Positions 18,146 through 28,186 of a stretch of DNA of 64,000 bases are shown piece after piece. The stretch is from NCBI GenBank assembly GCA_902599555.1, contig CACKFQ010000003.1, positions 64,607 through 128,606 on the forward strand, in the 5' to 3' direction. Position numbers and translations under genes: made by a program. The notes under the pieces are model-generated. The model did no database searches and was not told where the DNA came from. It saw nothing but the letters and a program-made list of their open reading frames with translations. The first letter of the stretch is position 1. Every line of letters begins with the position of its first letter. The stretch comes from an uncultured Candidatus Actinomarina sp. (lineage in GTDB: Bacteria; Actinomycetota; Acidimicrobiia; Actinomarinales; Actinomarinaceae).

Positions 18146-19243
18146 TTAACTCCAAGGTAAACCAAACTCTCTTAATCCTAGAACAATAGCGGATAAAATA
18201 AGCCAAACTAGAGATGCCGGTATAAGCCTTTTCCACCCAAGCTCCATCAATTGATCATATCTGAGCCTTGGTAGTGTGGCTCTTATCCAAACAAATATGA
18301 ATAAAAGTGCAAACGTTTTAACTCCTAACCAAATTATTGGCATAATTGCAGATATTATTGGAGGCAAAATGCCCTCAAAAGTAGGGCCAAGCCACCCACC
18401 TAGAAAAAAGGTTGCAGTAATTGCACACATGTTGAACATATTTATATACTCCGCCAAGAAAAACATAGCAAACCTGAATCCAGAGTATTCTGTATGAAAT
18501 CCTCCAACCAATTCTTGTTCTGCTTCGACTAAGTCAAAAGGGGCTCTGTTTACTTCAGCTACAGCAGCTATGAAAAATATTCCAAATGCAATAAATTGAG
18601 GAAAAATATTCCATTTAGGAATAAATGAAACAATTGAGCTAAGAATCGGAATTGTTGTTGATAAGTTTCCAGATTGGCTACTAACTATATCTACAAGAGA
18701 TAGTGAACCAGAATATAATATTACTGGTACTAAAGACAATCCCATAGCTGCCTCGTAGGATATCATTTGTGCGGATGCTCTAACACCGCCGAGAAGTGGG
18801 TATTTAGATCCAGAAGACCACCCAGCTAAAACTACACTATATACAGCAATTGATGACAAAGCTAAGAAATAAAGAACACCTACGTTTAAGTCTGCACCAA
18901 CAAAATCAACAATGTAATCTTTACCACCAATTTCAATGTTTAAGTCCGGACCTAATGGAATGATCATGAAAATTAAAAATGATGGTACCAATGCAATTAT
19001 TGGCGCCAACAGATACATTGCTCTATCAGCTTTTAGAGGCATGATTTGCTCTTTTAATAATAATTTAATTGCATCTGCTACAGTTTGTAAAATCCCAAAA
19101 GGACCAGCTCTATCAGGCCCCACTCTAGACTGCATTCCAGCAACTAATTTTCTTTCAAGCCATATCAACAATATTGTGTTAGTCAACAAAACAGCTAAAA
19201 CAATATTTGATTTAATTAATGCAATTATTAATTCAGTTGACAT
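18146..19243 (-). CDS. nuoH: NADH-quinone oxidoreductase subunit H
   Basis: RVGPDRAGPFGILQ..ADAIKLL, EYSGFRFAMFFLAEY, 8 TM segments. Confidence 0.93.
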   Translation of the reverse strand: MSTELIIALIKSNIVLAVLLTNTILLIWLERKLVAGMQSRVGPDRAGPFGILQTVADAIKLLLKEQIMPLKADRAMYLLAPIIALVPSFLIFMIIPLGPDLNIEIGGKDYIVDFVGADLNVGVLYFLALSSIAVYSVVLAGWSSGSKYPLLGGVRASAQMISYEAAMGLSLVPVILYSGSLSLVDIVSSQSGNLSTTIPILSSIVSFIPKWNIFPQFIAFGIFFIAAVAEVNRAPFDLVEAEQELVGGFHTEYSGFRFAMFFLAEYINMFNMCAITATFFLGGWLGPTFEGILPPIISAIMPIIWLGVKTFALLFIFVWIRATLPRLRYDQLMELGWKRLIPASLVWLILSAIVLGLREFGLPWS

Positions 19244-21545
19244 CTAATGCTTCTTTCACCAGACTAGGTATGATCATAATTTCCCTAGAGAAGTCAAACT
19301 TATTTAACTCCCTTCTATTTGTTGGAATATAAATTAGGTCATTAGGAAAACTTTTATTAACTTCATAACTAACTGCAACTTCAAATTCATCTTGAATTAA
19401 TGTACATTTACCTGAAGTTAAATTATATTTTTCAATTACACCTTCACCTACTTCAATGTATTTTTTTGAACCTAATAGAGAAATGCTATCGGAATGTCTT
19501 TCAGTAGCAGAATCTCCATAAAGTTTTTCTCCAGTAAAAAATTTGACCTCATTTGAATTATTATCCGTAGAAGAAATTTTAGGTTTAGAAACATTTACCA
19601 TTCCATCTAAATTTGATGGTTTATCTAAATTATCAAATACTGGACTTAAAGAAGGGTCAAGATTTTCATAAGCTTTTTTATTAAGGCTTTCTAAGCTATT
19701 TGTCTCAACTGTTAGTCCTGCAAAGTTCATTAAACTGGTTATAAATTCCCAATCACTAACAGTTTGCCCTGGAGATGGGACAAGTTTATCTATGCGAGAA
19801 GTTCTAAATTCAATATTTGTAAAAGTACCTTCTTTTTCACCCAGTGTTGAACTCATTGGTATCAAAAAGTTTGCCAGTTCTGAAGTTTCATGATTGAAAT
19901 TGTCTAATGCTACAACTTTATCAAGGCCTTCAATGATTGATTTTATTTGATTTGAATATACAGAGCGGCCAACAGGGTCTGCGCCAACAATAAATAATAG
20001 GTCTGTATTTTCTTCTGAAATGTCATTAACAAAATCATTTAGTCCTTTTACATTTTCTAAAGTTTGAAAGGCTCCATAAGTATTGCCTTTTGAATAGGCA
20101 TTTAATACTTTTGAATTTGAATTTGAATTTAAAAATTCAAATAATTTTGTGACACTTTTATCAGACTGATGTGGCGTGGATTTACCCAAAATTGCAGTAA
20201 TATTTTTACCTATTACATATTCTTTAATTTCTTTCAATTTAGAAATATCTTTTACTATTTCGAAATTTTCTGAGACTGTTTCTTTACCGTAGAATACATC
20301 TGCGATATCACTTAAGGTTTCATTCGTGTGGCCAAAAACAACTAACTTAACTCCATTTTTTACTGCCTGGCGAATTCTTAAATAAAGAACAGGAATTTTT
20401 TCTTTCAAATCTTCAGCCCATACAACTATTGCGTCAGATGAGTTTAAATCATCGACTTTAGCTAATTCTACATTTTCACCAAAAAATCCTGGGTGCAACA
20501 TGTCATCATTTAAATAAAAACATTTTTCAGATTGAGAAATAATCTCTGAAAATTCTCTAAATGCAACATAGTCTTCGTTTGTTAAATTTGAACCAAGTAA
20601 AAAGTTAACTTTTGTTTGTCTGTCTTTTATAACTTCTGAAAGTTCAGAATATACATCCTGAATCTCGATTTCTACTAATTCATTTTCAATCTTTTTAAGA
20701 GGTGTTTTTAATCTTGAATCAGAATTCAAATACTCAAAATTGTATCGACCTTTATCGCATAACCAACCTTGATTAACAGTATCATTATCGACACCAAGAA
20801 TTCTTAACATCTTATTTTGTGATGAATTTAATTCGGTTGAACAACCCATAGAACAGCCGTTACAAGTTGATCTAGTAGATTTTAGGTCCCAAGGTCTTGC
20901 TTTAAATCTATAAGATGTAGAAGTTAAAGCGCCAACTGGACAAATCTGAACAGTATTACCTGAAAAGTATGACTTAAAAGGTTCATTTGGAAAGGTATTA
21001 ACTTCTGTTTTATTTCCTCTTTGGATAAACTCAATTAATGGATCACCTGAAATTTCATCTGAGAACCGTGTACATCTTGCGCATAAAATACATCTCTCTC
21101 GGTCAAGCAATATTATTTCAGATATATTTATTGGTTTTTCAAAATGTCTTTTTTCCTCAACAAAACGACTCTCACCTGGGCCGTAAGCCATTGTTTGGTC
21201 TTGAAGCGGACACTCTCCAGCTTTATCGCATATAGGACAATCAAGAGGGTGGTTAATCAATAAAAATTCAAGAACTCCCTCTTGAGCTTTTTTTACGACA
21301 TCAGATTCTGTATCAACAACCATTTCATCACTGACTTCAGTTGTACAAGATGGCACCAACATTTTGCCTCTTGGTGTTTCAACTTCAACTAGACACATTC
21401 TGCACATGCCGACGGGATCTAAGCGTTTGTGCCAACAAAATCTTGGAATGTGAATTCCAGAGTCTTCACATGCTTCAATTAATAATTTGTTAGGATCAGA
21501 CTCAATTTCTATACCGTTAACATTTAAATTAACTTTTTCATTCAT
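19233..21545 (-). CDS. nuoG: NADH-quinone oxidoreductase subunit G
   Basis: N-terminal 2Fe-2S/4Fe-4S Cys clusters (CWHKRLDPVGMCRMCLVEV, CPICDKAGECPLQ, CILCARCTRF) plus a molybdopterin-like domain; 770 aa. Confidence 0.93.
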   Translation of the reverse strand: MNEKVNLNVNGIEIESDPNKLLIEACEDSGIHIPRFCWHKRLDPVGMCRMCLVEVETPRGKMLVPSCTTEVSDEMVVDTESDVVKKAQEGVLEFLLINHPLDCPICDKAGECPLQDQTMAYGPGESRFVEEKRHFEKPINISEIILLDRERCILCARCTRFSDEISGDPLIEFIQRGNKTEVNTFPNEPFKSYFSGNTVQICPVGALTSTSYRFKARPWDLKSTRSTCNGCSMGCSTELNSSQNKMLRILGVDNDTVNQGWLCDKGRYNFEYLNSDSRLKTPLKKIENELVEIEIQDVYSELSEVIKDRQTKVNFLLGSNLTNEDYVAFREFSEIISQSEKCFYLNDDMLHPGFFGENVELAKVDDLNSSDAIVVWAEDLKEKIPVLYLRIRQAVKNGVKLVVFGHTNETLSDIADVFYGKETVSENFEIVKDISKLKEIKEYVIGKNITAILGKSTPHQSDKSVTKLFEFLNSNSNSKVLNAYSKGNTYGAFQTLENVKGLNDFVNDISEENTDLLFIVGADPVGRSVYSNQIKSIIEGLDKVVALDNFNHETSELANFLIPMSSTLGEKEGTFTNIEFRTSRIDKLVPSPGQTVSDWEFITSLMNFAGLTVETNSLESLNKKAYENLDPSLSPVFDNLDKPSNLDGMVNVSKPKISSTDNNSNEVKFFTGEKLYGDSATERHSDSISLLGSKKYIEVGEGVIEKYNLTSGKCTLIQDEFEVAVSYEVNKSFPNDLIYIPTNRRELNKFDFSREIMIIPSLVKEALDVN

Positions 21546-22831
21546 AAAAGAACTTTCGTAGGAATTAAACTCTCTACCTCATCTCTAAAATCATTCATTA
21601 GTGAAGTAATTGGAGAAACTGCAGATGGTCCAAGGGGGCAAATTGTGGTCATTTTAGGTGGCCATGACAAGCCTGGAGAGATGTTGTCGCAAACATCGAG
21701 TAGTAAATTCATATCAGAAGTTCTCCCTCTACCACTAGCTATCCTATCTAGTATCATTTCAAGCCACGTTGTTCCTTCACGACATGGAGTGCATTGGCCA
21801 CATGATTCATGTGCAAAAAAACTGACGATGCTTTTTGCCGCACTTACAAGATTCGTATCTTCATCCATCATTACCACAGCACCTGAGCCAAGCATTGAAT
21901 TGTTGTTAGCTACATCATCAATTGTCATTTTTATGTCTAGCTGATCTCCTCTAAACCATGGTGCAGAAGCACCTCCAGGTATATAAGCTTTAACTTTTTT
22001 ATTATTTCTTATACCCCCACCAAGTGTTTCTACAAATTCACCAAAAGAACTGCCCATTTCAATTTCATAGTTTCCTGGGTTATTTACATGTCCAGACAAA
22101 CTAAAAATTCTAGTACCTGTAGAGCCTTCAACTCCCAATTTGTTGTACTCTTCTCCACCATTCTCAATTATCCAAGGTACAGAGGAAATTGTTTCAACGT
22201 TATTTACCAAAGTTGGTTTCATGTATAAACCTTTTACTGCTGGGAAGTAAGGAGGTTTTAATCTTGGTTCTCCTCTTCTGCCTTCGAGTGAATTAAGCAG
22301 TGCAGTTTCTTCACCACATATATATGCACCTGCTCCTAGATGGACAACTATGTCAAGATTGATCTCAGAACCAAAAATATTCTTTCCCAAATATCCTTTT
22401 TGATATGCTTGTTCTACTGCTTGCTGAACTCTTCTAGCAGGCTTCGCATACTCTCCTCTTATGTATATAAAAGCTTCTTTTATGTTTGCTGAAAAACAAG
22501 TAATGATAATTCCCTCAATGAGTTGGTGAGGATCTCTTTCCAATAAAATCCTATCCTTGAATGTACCTGGTTCTGACTCGTCTGCATTGATTACTAAATA
22601 TCGATCTTCATCTTCAGCCAAAAATCCCCACTTAACTCCAGTTGGGAATCCTGCACCACCTCTTCCTCTTATATTTGATGCCTTAATTTCTTCTAATATT
22701 TTTTCAGGAGAGCTTTCTAATATTGTTTTTTTTGCAGTCGAGTACCCATTGTTTTTTTCATAACTATCAATAAGATGGCTACCTTCTGGATTATCTCGCA
22801 TGTGTTTTGTAAGAAGAATGGTTTCTTTCAT
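21542..22831 (-). CDS. nuoF: NADH-quinone oxidoreductase subunit F
   Basis: GRGGAGFPTGVKW (FMN), NADESEPGTFKDR, ESCGQCTPCREG (N3 cluster). Confidence 0.95.
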   Translation of the reverse strand: MKETILLTKHMRDNPEGSHLIDSYEKNNGYSTAKKTILESSPEKILEEIKASNIRGRGGAGFPTGVKWGFLAEDEDRYLVINADESEPGTFKDRILLERDPHQLIEGIIITCFSANIKEAFIYIRGEYAKPARRVQQAVEQAYQKGYLGKNIFGSEINLDIVVHLGAGAYICGEETALLNSLEGRRGEPRLKPPYFPAVKGLYMKPTLVNNVETISSVPWIIENGGEEYNKLGVEGSTGTRIFSLSGHVNNPGNYEIEMGSSFGEFVETLGGGIRNNKKVKAYIPGGASAPWFRGDQLDIKMTIDDVANNNSMLGSGAVVMMDEDTNLVSAAKSIVSFFAHESCGQCTPCREGTTWLEMILDRIASGRGRTSDMNLLLDVCDNISPGLSWPPKMTTICPLGPSAVSPITSLMNDFRDEVESLIPTKVLL

Positions 22832-23442
22832 TTTTTTACCTTAGTTGTCTTTAAAGTTTGAAAGCCTGGAGCCGTGGAGGTAGCACCAGAGTTATCTTGA
22901 ATAGCCCAATCAAAAGATTTTATACCTCCGAAATTTTCTTGCATTTCATCAGCTACAACAACATCTGGTTTTGTTTCTTTTAACCATTTGCACAAATTTA
23001 TTGCATTTTCAGGAGTTACACCCTCAACTGTCTCATAATTGACTTGTACTGCTGGAGCTCCACCGCAAGCACCAATACATTCCACAGCCTCAAAGGTGAA
23101 TAATTCTTCTTCATCAGTTTCATTATTATTTAAGCCTGTAAATTCTTGAACTTTATTTATTACTTCGCTTGAATTATTGATCTCACATGATATTGATTTA
23201 CAAACACTTAATAAGTACTTTCCAGTAGGTTCTTGTTTGTACATTGAGTAGAACGTCGAAACTGATTTCACTTGTACTTCTGTTATACCTACTAATTCAC
23301 TTATCACAGTTATGGAGTCATCAGAAATATAGCCATCCTTACTTTGCGCTAAATGCAAAAGAGGACCTAATGCAGATCTTTTTTGAGGATAGAGCTTAAT
23401 TATTTTTTTTGCCTGTTTTAATAATTTATCATCCCAACTCAT
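22828..23442 (-). CDS. nuoE: NADH-quinone oxidoreductase subunit E
   Basis: 2Fe-2S ligand pattern CKSISC ... CIGACGGAP; thioredoxin-like fold length. Confidence 0.93.
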   Translation of the reverse strand: MSWDDKLLKQAKKIIKLYPQKRSALGPLLHLAQSKDGYISDDSITVISELVGITEVQVKSVSTFYSMYKQEPTGKYLLSVCKSISCEINNSSEVINKVQEFTGLNNNETDEEELFTFEAVECIGACGGAPAVQVNYETVEGVTPENAINLCKWLKETKPDVVVADEMQENFGGIKSFDWAIQDNSGATSTAPGFQTLKTTKVKK

Positions 23443-24815
23443 CTATCTACATCTCCTATCACGGGATCTAAAGAAGCTATTGCAGCAACAGCATCTGCAA
23501 TTGGACTATCAGTCATAATGACAGGTAGTGCTTGAAGATTACAAAAAGAAGGCCCTCTGACATGCATTCTGTAAGGCTTTGCTGAACCATCGGAAACTAT
23601 GTAACAACCTAGCTCTCCTCTGGGTGACTCAACGGCAACATATGCATCGCCCTCTGGAACTTTAAAACCCTCAGTATAAATTTTAAAATGATGAATTAGG
23701 GCTTCCATTGATTCATCTAATCTTTTGCGTGGGGGTGGTGTAATTTTTTTATCTTGTACTTTATAAGGGCCTTTTGGCATATTGTTCATTGCTTGTTCAA
23801 TGATTTTTAGACTTTCAAAAATTTCTAATACTTTTACTCTCCATCTAGCAAACACGTCTCCTTCAGTTAAAGTTGGAACATCAAACTCATAATTTTCAAT
23901 TCCTGAGTAAGGTTGAGACTTTCTTAAATCCCAAGAATACCCAGAAGCTCTTAAACTTGGTCCAGTTACGCCGTAAGCAAAGCACTCCTCTGTTGTGAGG
24001 ATTCCAACATTTTGTAATCTTCCTTTCCAAATTGGATTATCCAGGAGCATGTCGTCATAATCTTGTAGCTTTTCAGGTATTATTTTTAAAATTTCTTCAA
24101 CATCTTTCTGCCAACCATCAGGTAAATCTGCAGCTACTCCACCAGGCCTTATATAGTTATGGTTCATTCTTAGCCCTGTTGTTTTTTCAAAGAAATTTAA
24201 AATTAACTCTCTTTCTCTGAAGCCAAAAATCATCATGGATAAAGCTCCTATATCCATTCCGCCTGTCGCAAGAGCAACTAAATGTGACGAAACCCTATTA
24301 AGTTCTGTCATCAAAATTCTTATTGTTTCTGCTCTTTTAGGCACTTCAATACCAATAAGTTTTTCAGTTGTGAGAGAGAAAACTAACTCGTTAAATAAGG
24401 GGGAAAGATAGTCCATTCTTGTTGTGTTAGTTGGACCTTGAAAATAATTTAATTCTTCACCAGTTTTTTCCATACCTGTATGTAAATATCCAATAATTGG
24501 CTTAACACGCCTTACAACCTCTCCTTCAAGCTCTGCCTGAAGTCTTAAAACACCATGAGTTGAAGGATGCTGAGGTCCCATATTTACTATCATTCTTTCA
24601 TCGTCAGATGTATCCTCATCAATAACAAAATCATCAACTACTTCGGTTCCTGTCTGAATTTTTATTTGCTTTTCATTTTCGTTTTCAAGCATTTTTTGTG
24701 AACCTTCGTCAGTTGAAGATATATTCCAGCCACCTTCTTCTGAATTTGTAGCCCAAAAATCTAATTTATTTTTAAAATTACTGAGCTTACTTTTTTTAAT
24801 TTTATTATTTTTCAC
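23439..24815 (-). CDS. nuoD: NADH-quinone oxidoreductase subunit D
   Basis: NMGPQHPSTHGVLRLQ and C-terminal DPVIGDVDR. GTG start abutting the nuoC stop. N-terminal region about 75 aa before the conserved core. Confidence 0.93.
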   Translation of the reverse strand: MKNNKIKKSKLSNFKNKLDFWATNSEEGGWNISSTDEGSQKMLENENEKQIKIQTGTEVVDDFVIDEDTSDDERMIVNMGPQHPSTHGVLRLQAELEGEVVRRVKPIIGYLHTGMEKTGEELNYFQGPTNTTRMDYLSPLFNELVFSLTTEKLIGIEVPKRAETIRILMTELNRVSSHLVALATGGMDIGALSMMIFGFRERELILNFFEKTTGLRMNHNYIRPGGVAADLPDGWQKDVEEILKIIPEKLQDYDDMLLDNPIWKGRLQNVGILTTEECFAYGVTGPSLRASGYSWDLRKSQPYSGIENYEFDVPTLTEGDVFARWRVKVLEIFESLKIIEQAMNNMPKGPYKVQDKKITPPPRKRLDESMEALIHHFKIYTEGFKVPEGDAYVAVESPRGELGCYIVSDGSAKPYRMHVRGPSFCNLQALPVIMTDSPIADAVAAIASLDPVIGDVDR

Positions 24816-25229
24816 TTAATCAACCTTTGGCGCATTTTTAAACTGGACTGGTATTCTTCCAGATCCATAATTTTTTCTTAATGGGTGTCCTTCCCAATCA
24901 TCAGGCATTAAGATTCTTGTTAGATCTGGATGGTCTTCAAAAACGATACCGAACATGTCATAGGCTTCTCTTTCATAAAAATTTGCACTAGGGTATATGT
25001 CAGTTATTGAAGGTATTGTTAAATCTTCATCATTAACGAATACTTTTACAGTCTTACGTGAATTTTTTGAAGTTGATAAAAATTGAACAACTATTTCAAA
25101 TCTAGGTTCTTTTTTTCTAAACCAATCAACTACTGTTAGGTCTACCATCATTTCAAATCCATCTTTTTTTATGGATTCGATTAGTTCTTTATATTCTTCT
25201 GTTGAGGTACTAATAATTTCAGGGTTCAT
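24816..25229 (-). CDS. nuoC: NADH-quinone oxidoreductase subunit C (short form)
   Basis: [38 protein letters not shown] core; only 137 aa. Confidence 0.88.
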   Translation of the reverse strand: MNPEIISTSTEEYKELIESIKKDGFEMMVDLTVVDWFRKKEPRFEIVVQFLSTSKNSRKTVKVFVNDEDLTIPSITDIYPSANFYEREAYDMFGIVFEDHPDLTRILMPDDWEGHPLRKNYGSGRIPVQFKNAPKVD

Positions 25230-25687
25230 CTATTTATCTCTCCATCCATTATTTTGTCGTGTAAAGTTAAAATTCCGTGCATAAGAGACTGTGGTCCTGG
25301 TGGACATCCGGGAACATAAATATCAACTGGAACTATGTGGTCTACACCCTGAACTAAAGCATAGTTGTTAAACATTCCGCCAGTTGAAGAGCAAGCGCCC
25401 ATAGCGATTACCCATTTAGGATCAGCCATTTGATCATAAACTTGTCTTAACACTGGTGCCATTTTTTGAGATACTCTTCCAGCTACAATCATCAAGTCTG
25501 CTTGTCGGGGTGATGCTCTAAAAACTTCCATTCCATATCTTGCTAAATCATACTTAGCACTTCCAGCAGCCATCATTTCTATTGCACAGCATGCAAGTCC
25601 AAATGTGACTGGCCACATTGACTGAGTCCTTGACCATCTGACAGCTTTATCAATAGTTGTTGTGAAGATATTGTCAGGAGTGTACAT
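25226..25687 (-). CDS. nuoB: NADH-quinone oxidoreductase subunit B
   Basis: N2-cluster Cys pattern [23 protein letters not shown]; 153 aa. Confidence 0.93.
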   Translation of the reverse strand: MYTPDNIFTTTIDKAVRWSRTQSMWPVTFGLACCAIEMMAAGSAKYDLARYGMEVFRASPRQADLMIVAGRVSQKMAPVLRQVYDQMADPKWVIAMGACSSTGGMFNNYALVQGVDHIVPVDIYVPGCPPGPQSLMHGILTLHDKIMDGEINR

Positions 25688-26088
25688 TATGCTACCTCCT
25701 GCAATTCTTCTTTAAAGTATCTCTCTCTACGTGGAATGTTCCAATCTAGTACTCCTTTTTTCCAAACATAGTAAAGAGTCTCTAAAACAAAAAATGTAAA
25801 TATTGATATGGCAGCTATGCCGAACCATCCTAAGTCATTAAACCTTGTAGCCCATGCAAATAAAAATATTATTTCAATGTCAAAAACAATATAAAGCATT
25901 GCAACCATGTAAAACTTGACTGGAAACCTTTGAGATGGCTCAACTTCTGGAAAAATCCCACATTCATAGGGTGCAAGTTTTTCAGGCGTTGCTTTTTTTG
26001 GCGATAATATATATGAAGCACCAAGTGAAGCCAAAGCAAAACCAACTGCAACAACTAGCATAACCAGTATCGGAAGCCAATCTAACAT
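25687..26088 (-). CDS. nuoA: NADH-quinone oxidoreductase subunit A
   Basis: 133 aa, 3 TM segments, PYECG motif, first gene of the string; GGAGGG lies 5 nt before the ATG. Confidence 0.9.
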   Translation of the reverse strand: MLDWLPILVMLVVAVGFALASLGASYILSPKKATPEKLAPYECGIFPEVEPSQRFPVKFYMVAMLYIVFDIEIIFLFAWATRFNDLGWFGIAAISIFTFFVLETLYYVWKKGVLDWNIPRRERYFKEELQEVA

Positions 26089-26101
26089 GTTCCCTCCATA
26101 T

Positions 26102-26119
26102 TTGTGAAATTTTTCACAA
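26102..26119 (-). promoter_or_regulatory. Rex operator (ROP) upstream of nuoA
   Basis: Perfect inverted repeat TTGTGAA-ATTT-TTCACAA, identical to the actinobacterial Rex consensus TTGTGAA-N4-TTCACAA. It starts 14 bp (and ends 31 bp) upstream of the nuoA ATG, just upstream of the SD. Confidence 0.8.
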
Positions 26120-26167
26120 GCTATACTCTTATTGTACTACCAATAATATGTTAAATTATTTCGCTAA

Positions 26168-27433
26168 TTAGTTTTTTGAACTAAGTACTAAAAGTTTTGT
26201 TGGAATTATAAATTTGTAAGCTATTTTGAAGACTTCTTTTAACGTTAGGTAGGCTTCATCAAATAATAATTCCACAACAAAGTCAATTGTTTCCTGATCA
26301 TTTGAGGCAACTCTTAACAATCTTTTGGTCATAAATGGACTCTGTAAAATTAGTCTTGCTAAGGCACAACTTATATAGTGTTTTCTGAATCTTTTACTGA
26401 ACTCTTTTTCATATAAGTCAATTCCATCACTTAATTTTGATGAATGAATTATTTCATGTGTATTTTTAGCTAATAAATAACCTGCTTCCATGCCGTAGAA
26501 TATACCCTCTCCACTCATCGGATTTATCATAGAGCTTGCATCTCCAATTAATGCAATATTTAGATCTTTATTTCGCTTTGGTCTTGATGAAGCAAAAGGA
26601 AGTAAATATGATTTTTGTTTTCTAATATTTTCAACAACTACTCCTCTGCTTTCAAGCTCAGATACAAAATTATCAAGCAGTACATTAATATCTAATTTGT
26701 CTTTTTTAAAAATGCTTACTGGAACGCCTATTCCTATATTTAACAAATTACCCTTGCTTGGAAATGCCCAAGCATATCCTTTGTCTGCTGATACATTTAT
26801 TTCGAACATTAGCGTCCTCTCATTGAATACCTCTAGGTAATTAGGACTATCAATGTAAGCTCTTATGGCAATTGCTTTATGCCAATCAGAATTCGATTTA
26901 TAACTTAATTTTTTTCTGATTCTTGAATTTGCTCCATCGGCCCCTACAAGAATCTTTGTTAAAAATTCTAGGTTTTCATTTTCATTCTTAATTTGTACAT
27001 TTAAACTTTTGTCCAAATTAGAAGTGAAGTCTACAAAACTATATCCTTCATAAACATCAACTCCACATTCCTTAGCTAAGTCCAATATTCTATTATCTAG
27101 GTCTACCCGAGGAATAACATATACGATGGAATCTTCCTTATTTTTTACTTCAGGAATATAATTTTGAATACCAATGTTTTCCGGCCCGTAAAGAGTTGTT
27201 GAAACAACTTGTGGCTCACCATCTAAAATATGTTCATTGTTAAATCTTTTTAATGCACTTATTACTCCGGGACCAATCGCATCACCACATGATTTATCTC
27301 TTGGAAATATTGCTTTATCAACTAATCCAACTGTTAAGTTGGGATTTAAGTTTTTATAAGAAATAGCAGCATTTGCACCAGCTGGGCCGGCACCAATTAT
27401 TAAAACGTCATAATTTTTAGGGCTTTTTTCCAT
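26168..27433 (-). CDS. geranylgeranyl-reductase-family FAD-dependent oxidoreductase (possible menaquinone/polyprenyl reductase)
   Basis: N-terminal YDVLIIGAGPAGANAA dinucleotide fold and GDASSMINPMSGEGI (GD...P..GEGI) motif of the GGR family. Directly upstream of nuoA on the same strand. Confidence 0.75.
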   Translation of the reverse strand: MEKSPKNYDVLIIGAGPAGANAAISYKNLNPNLTVGLVDKAIFPRDKSCGDAIGPGVISALKRFNNEHILDGEPQVVSTTLYGPENIGIQNYIPEVKNKEDSIVYVIPRVDLDNRILDLAKECGVDVYEGYSFVDFTSNLDKSLNVQIKNENENLEFLTKILVGADGANSRIRKKLSYKSNSDWHKAIAIRAYIDSPNYLEVFNERTLMFEINVSADKGYAWAFPSKGNLLNIGIGVPVSIFKKDKLDINVLLDNFVSELESRGVVVENIRKQKSYLLPFASSRPKRNKDLNIALIGDASSMINPMSGEGIFYGMEAGYLLAKNTHEIIHSSKLSDGIDLYEKEFSKRFRKHYISCALARLILQSPFMTKRLLRVASNDQETIDFVVELLFDEAYLTLKEVFKIAYKFIIPTKLLVLSSKN

Positions 27434-27540
27434 ATTTTACTAACTTACATTGTATTTCCATTAATACGAAACTAAATAAAGCTAATAAATAACTCTAAAT
27501 AATTACATATAATTTCAGTATCTAATTAGATTGTGCATTA

Positions 27541-28185
27541 GTGAAAGAAAATAAAAAAATACCACCAGCTACGGTAAAGAGATTGCCACTGTATTTACAG
27601 TGCCTAGATCAAGTTAGTGATGATGATATTGGTATTTCCTCAAGTAAGTTAGCTGAACTAGCAAAAGTAAATGATGCTCAAGTAAGAAGAGATTTGTCAT
27701 ATCTTGGTACCCTAGGCACTAGAGGTGTTGGTTATGATATCTCTACTCTTAGAAATCAACTTCAGCTTGAACTTGGACTTGTTGAAGGCTGGAGTGCCGT
27801 AATTGTAGGTATTGGTAATTTGGGGTCAGCTTTGGCACATTATGGCGGATTTAGAGAAAAAGGTTTTGGAATTGTTGGACTGTTTGATGATGATCCCAAG
27901 AAAATTAATAGTCAAGTTGCAGGTTTAGTTATCAAACCTTTAAGTGATTTAGAAAAGTACTGTGAAAAATTCAATGTAGCAATTGGAATAATTGCGACTC
28001 CTGGCGAATATGCTCAAGGTGTTGCAGATCAATTAATTGGATGTGGGGTAAGATCAATTCTTAACTTTGCACCCGTTCTTCTCAAAAATGTACCAGATGT
28101 ACAAATAAGATCTGTCGACCTCTCCCAAGAATTACAAATTTTGAGCTACTACTTAGATAGACCAGTCCTAAAGGCAGTTGACTAG
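27541..28185 (+). CDS. rex: redox-sensing transcriptional repressor Rex
   Basis: ATVKRLPLYLQCL, SSKLAELAKVNDAQVRRDLSYLGTLGTRGVGYD (wHTH), Rossmann VIVGIGNLGSALAHY; GTG start. Confidence 0.92.
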   Translation: MKENKKIPPATVKRLPLYLQCLDQVSDDDIGISSSKLAELAKVNDAQVRRDLSYLGTLGTRGVGYDISTLRNQLQLELGLVEGWSAVIVGIGNLGSALAHYGGFREKGFGIVGLFDDDPKKINSQVAGLVIKPLSDLEKYCEKFNVAIGIIATPGEYAQGVADQLIGCGVRSILNFAPVLLKNVPDVQIRSVDLSQELQILSYYLDRPVLKAVD

Positions 28186-28186
28186 A

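Noticed and set aside
27531-27548. Rex half-site TTGTGCA overlapping the rex GTG start.
   Set aside because: The second half (TGAAAGA) does not match TTCACAA, so it is not a palindrome. At most it is a degenerate autoregulatory remnant.
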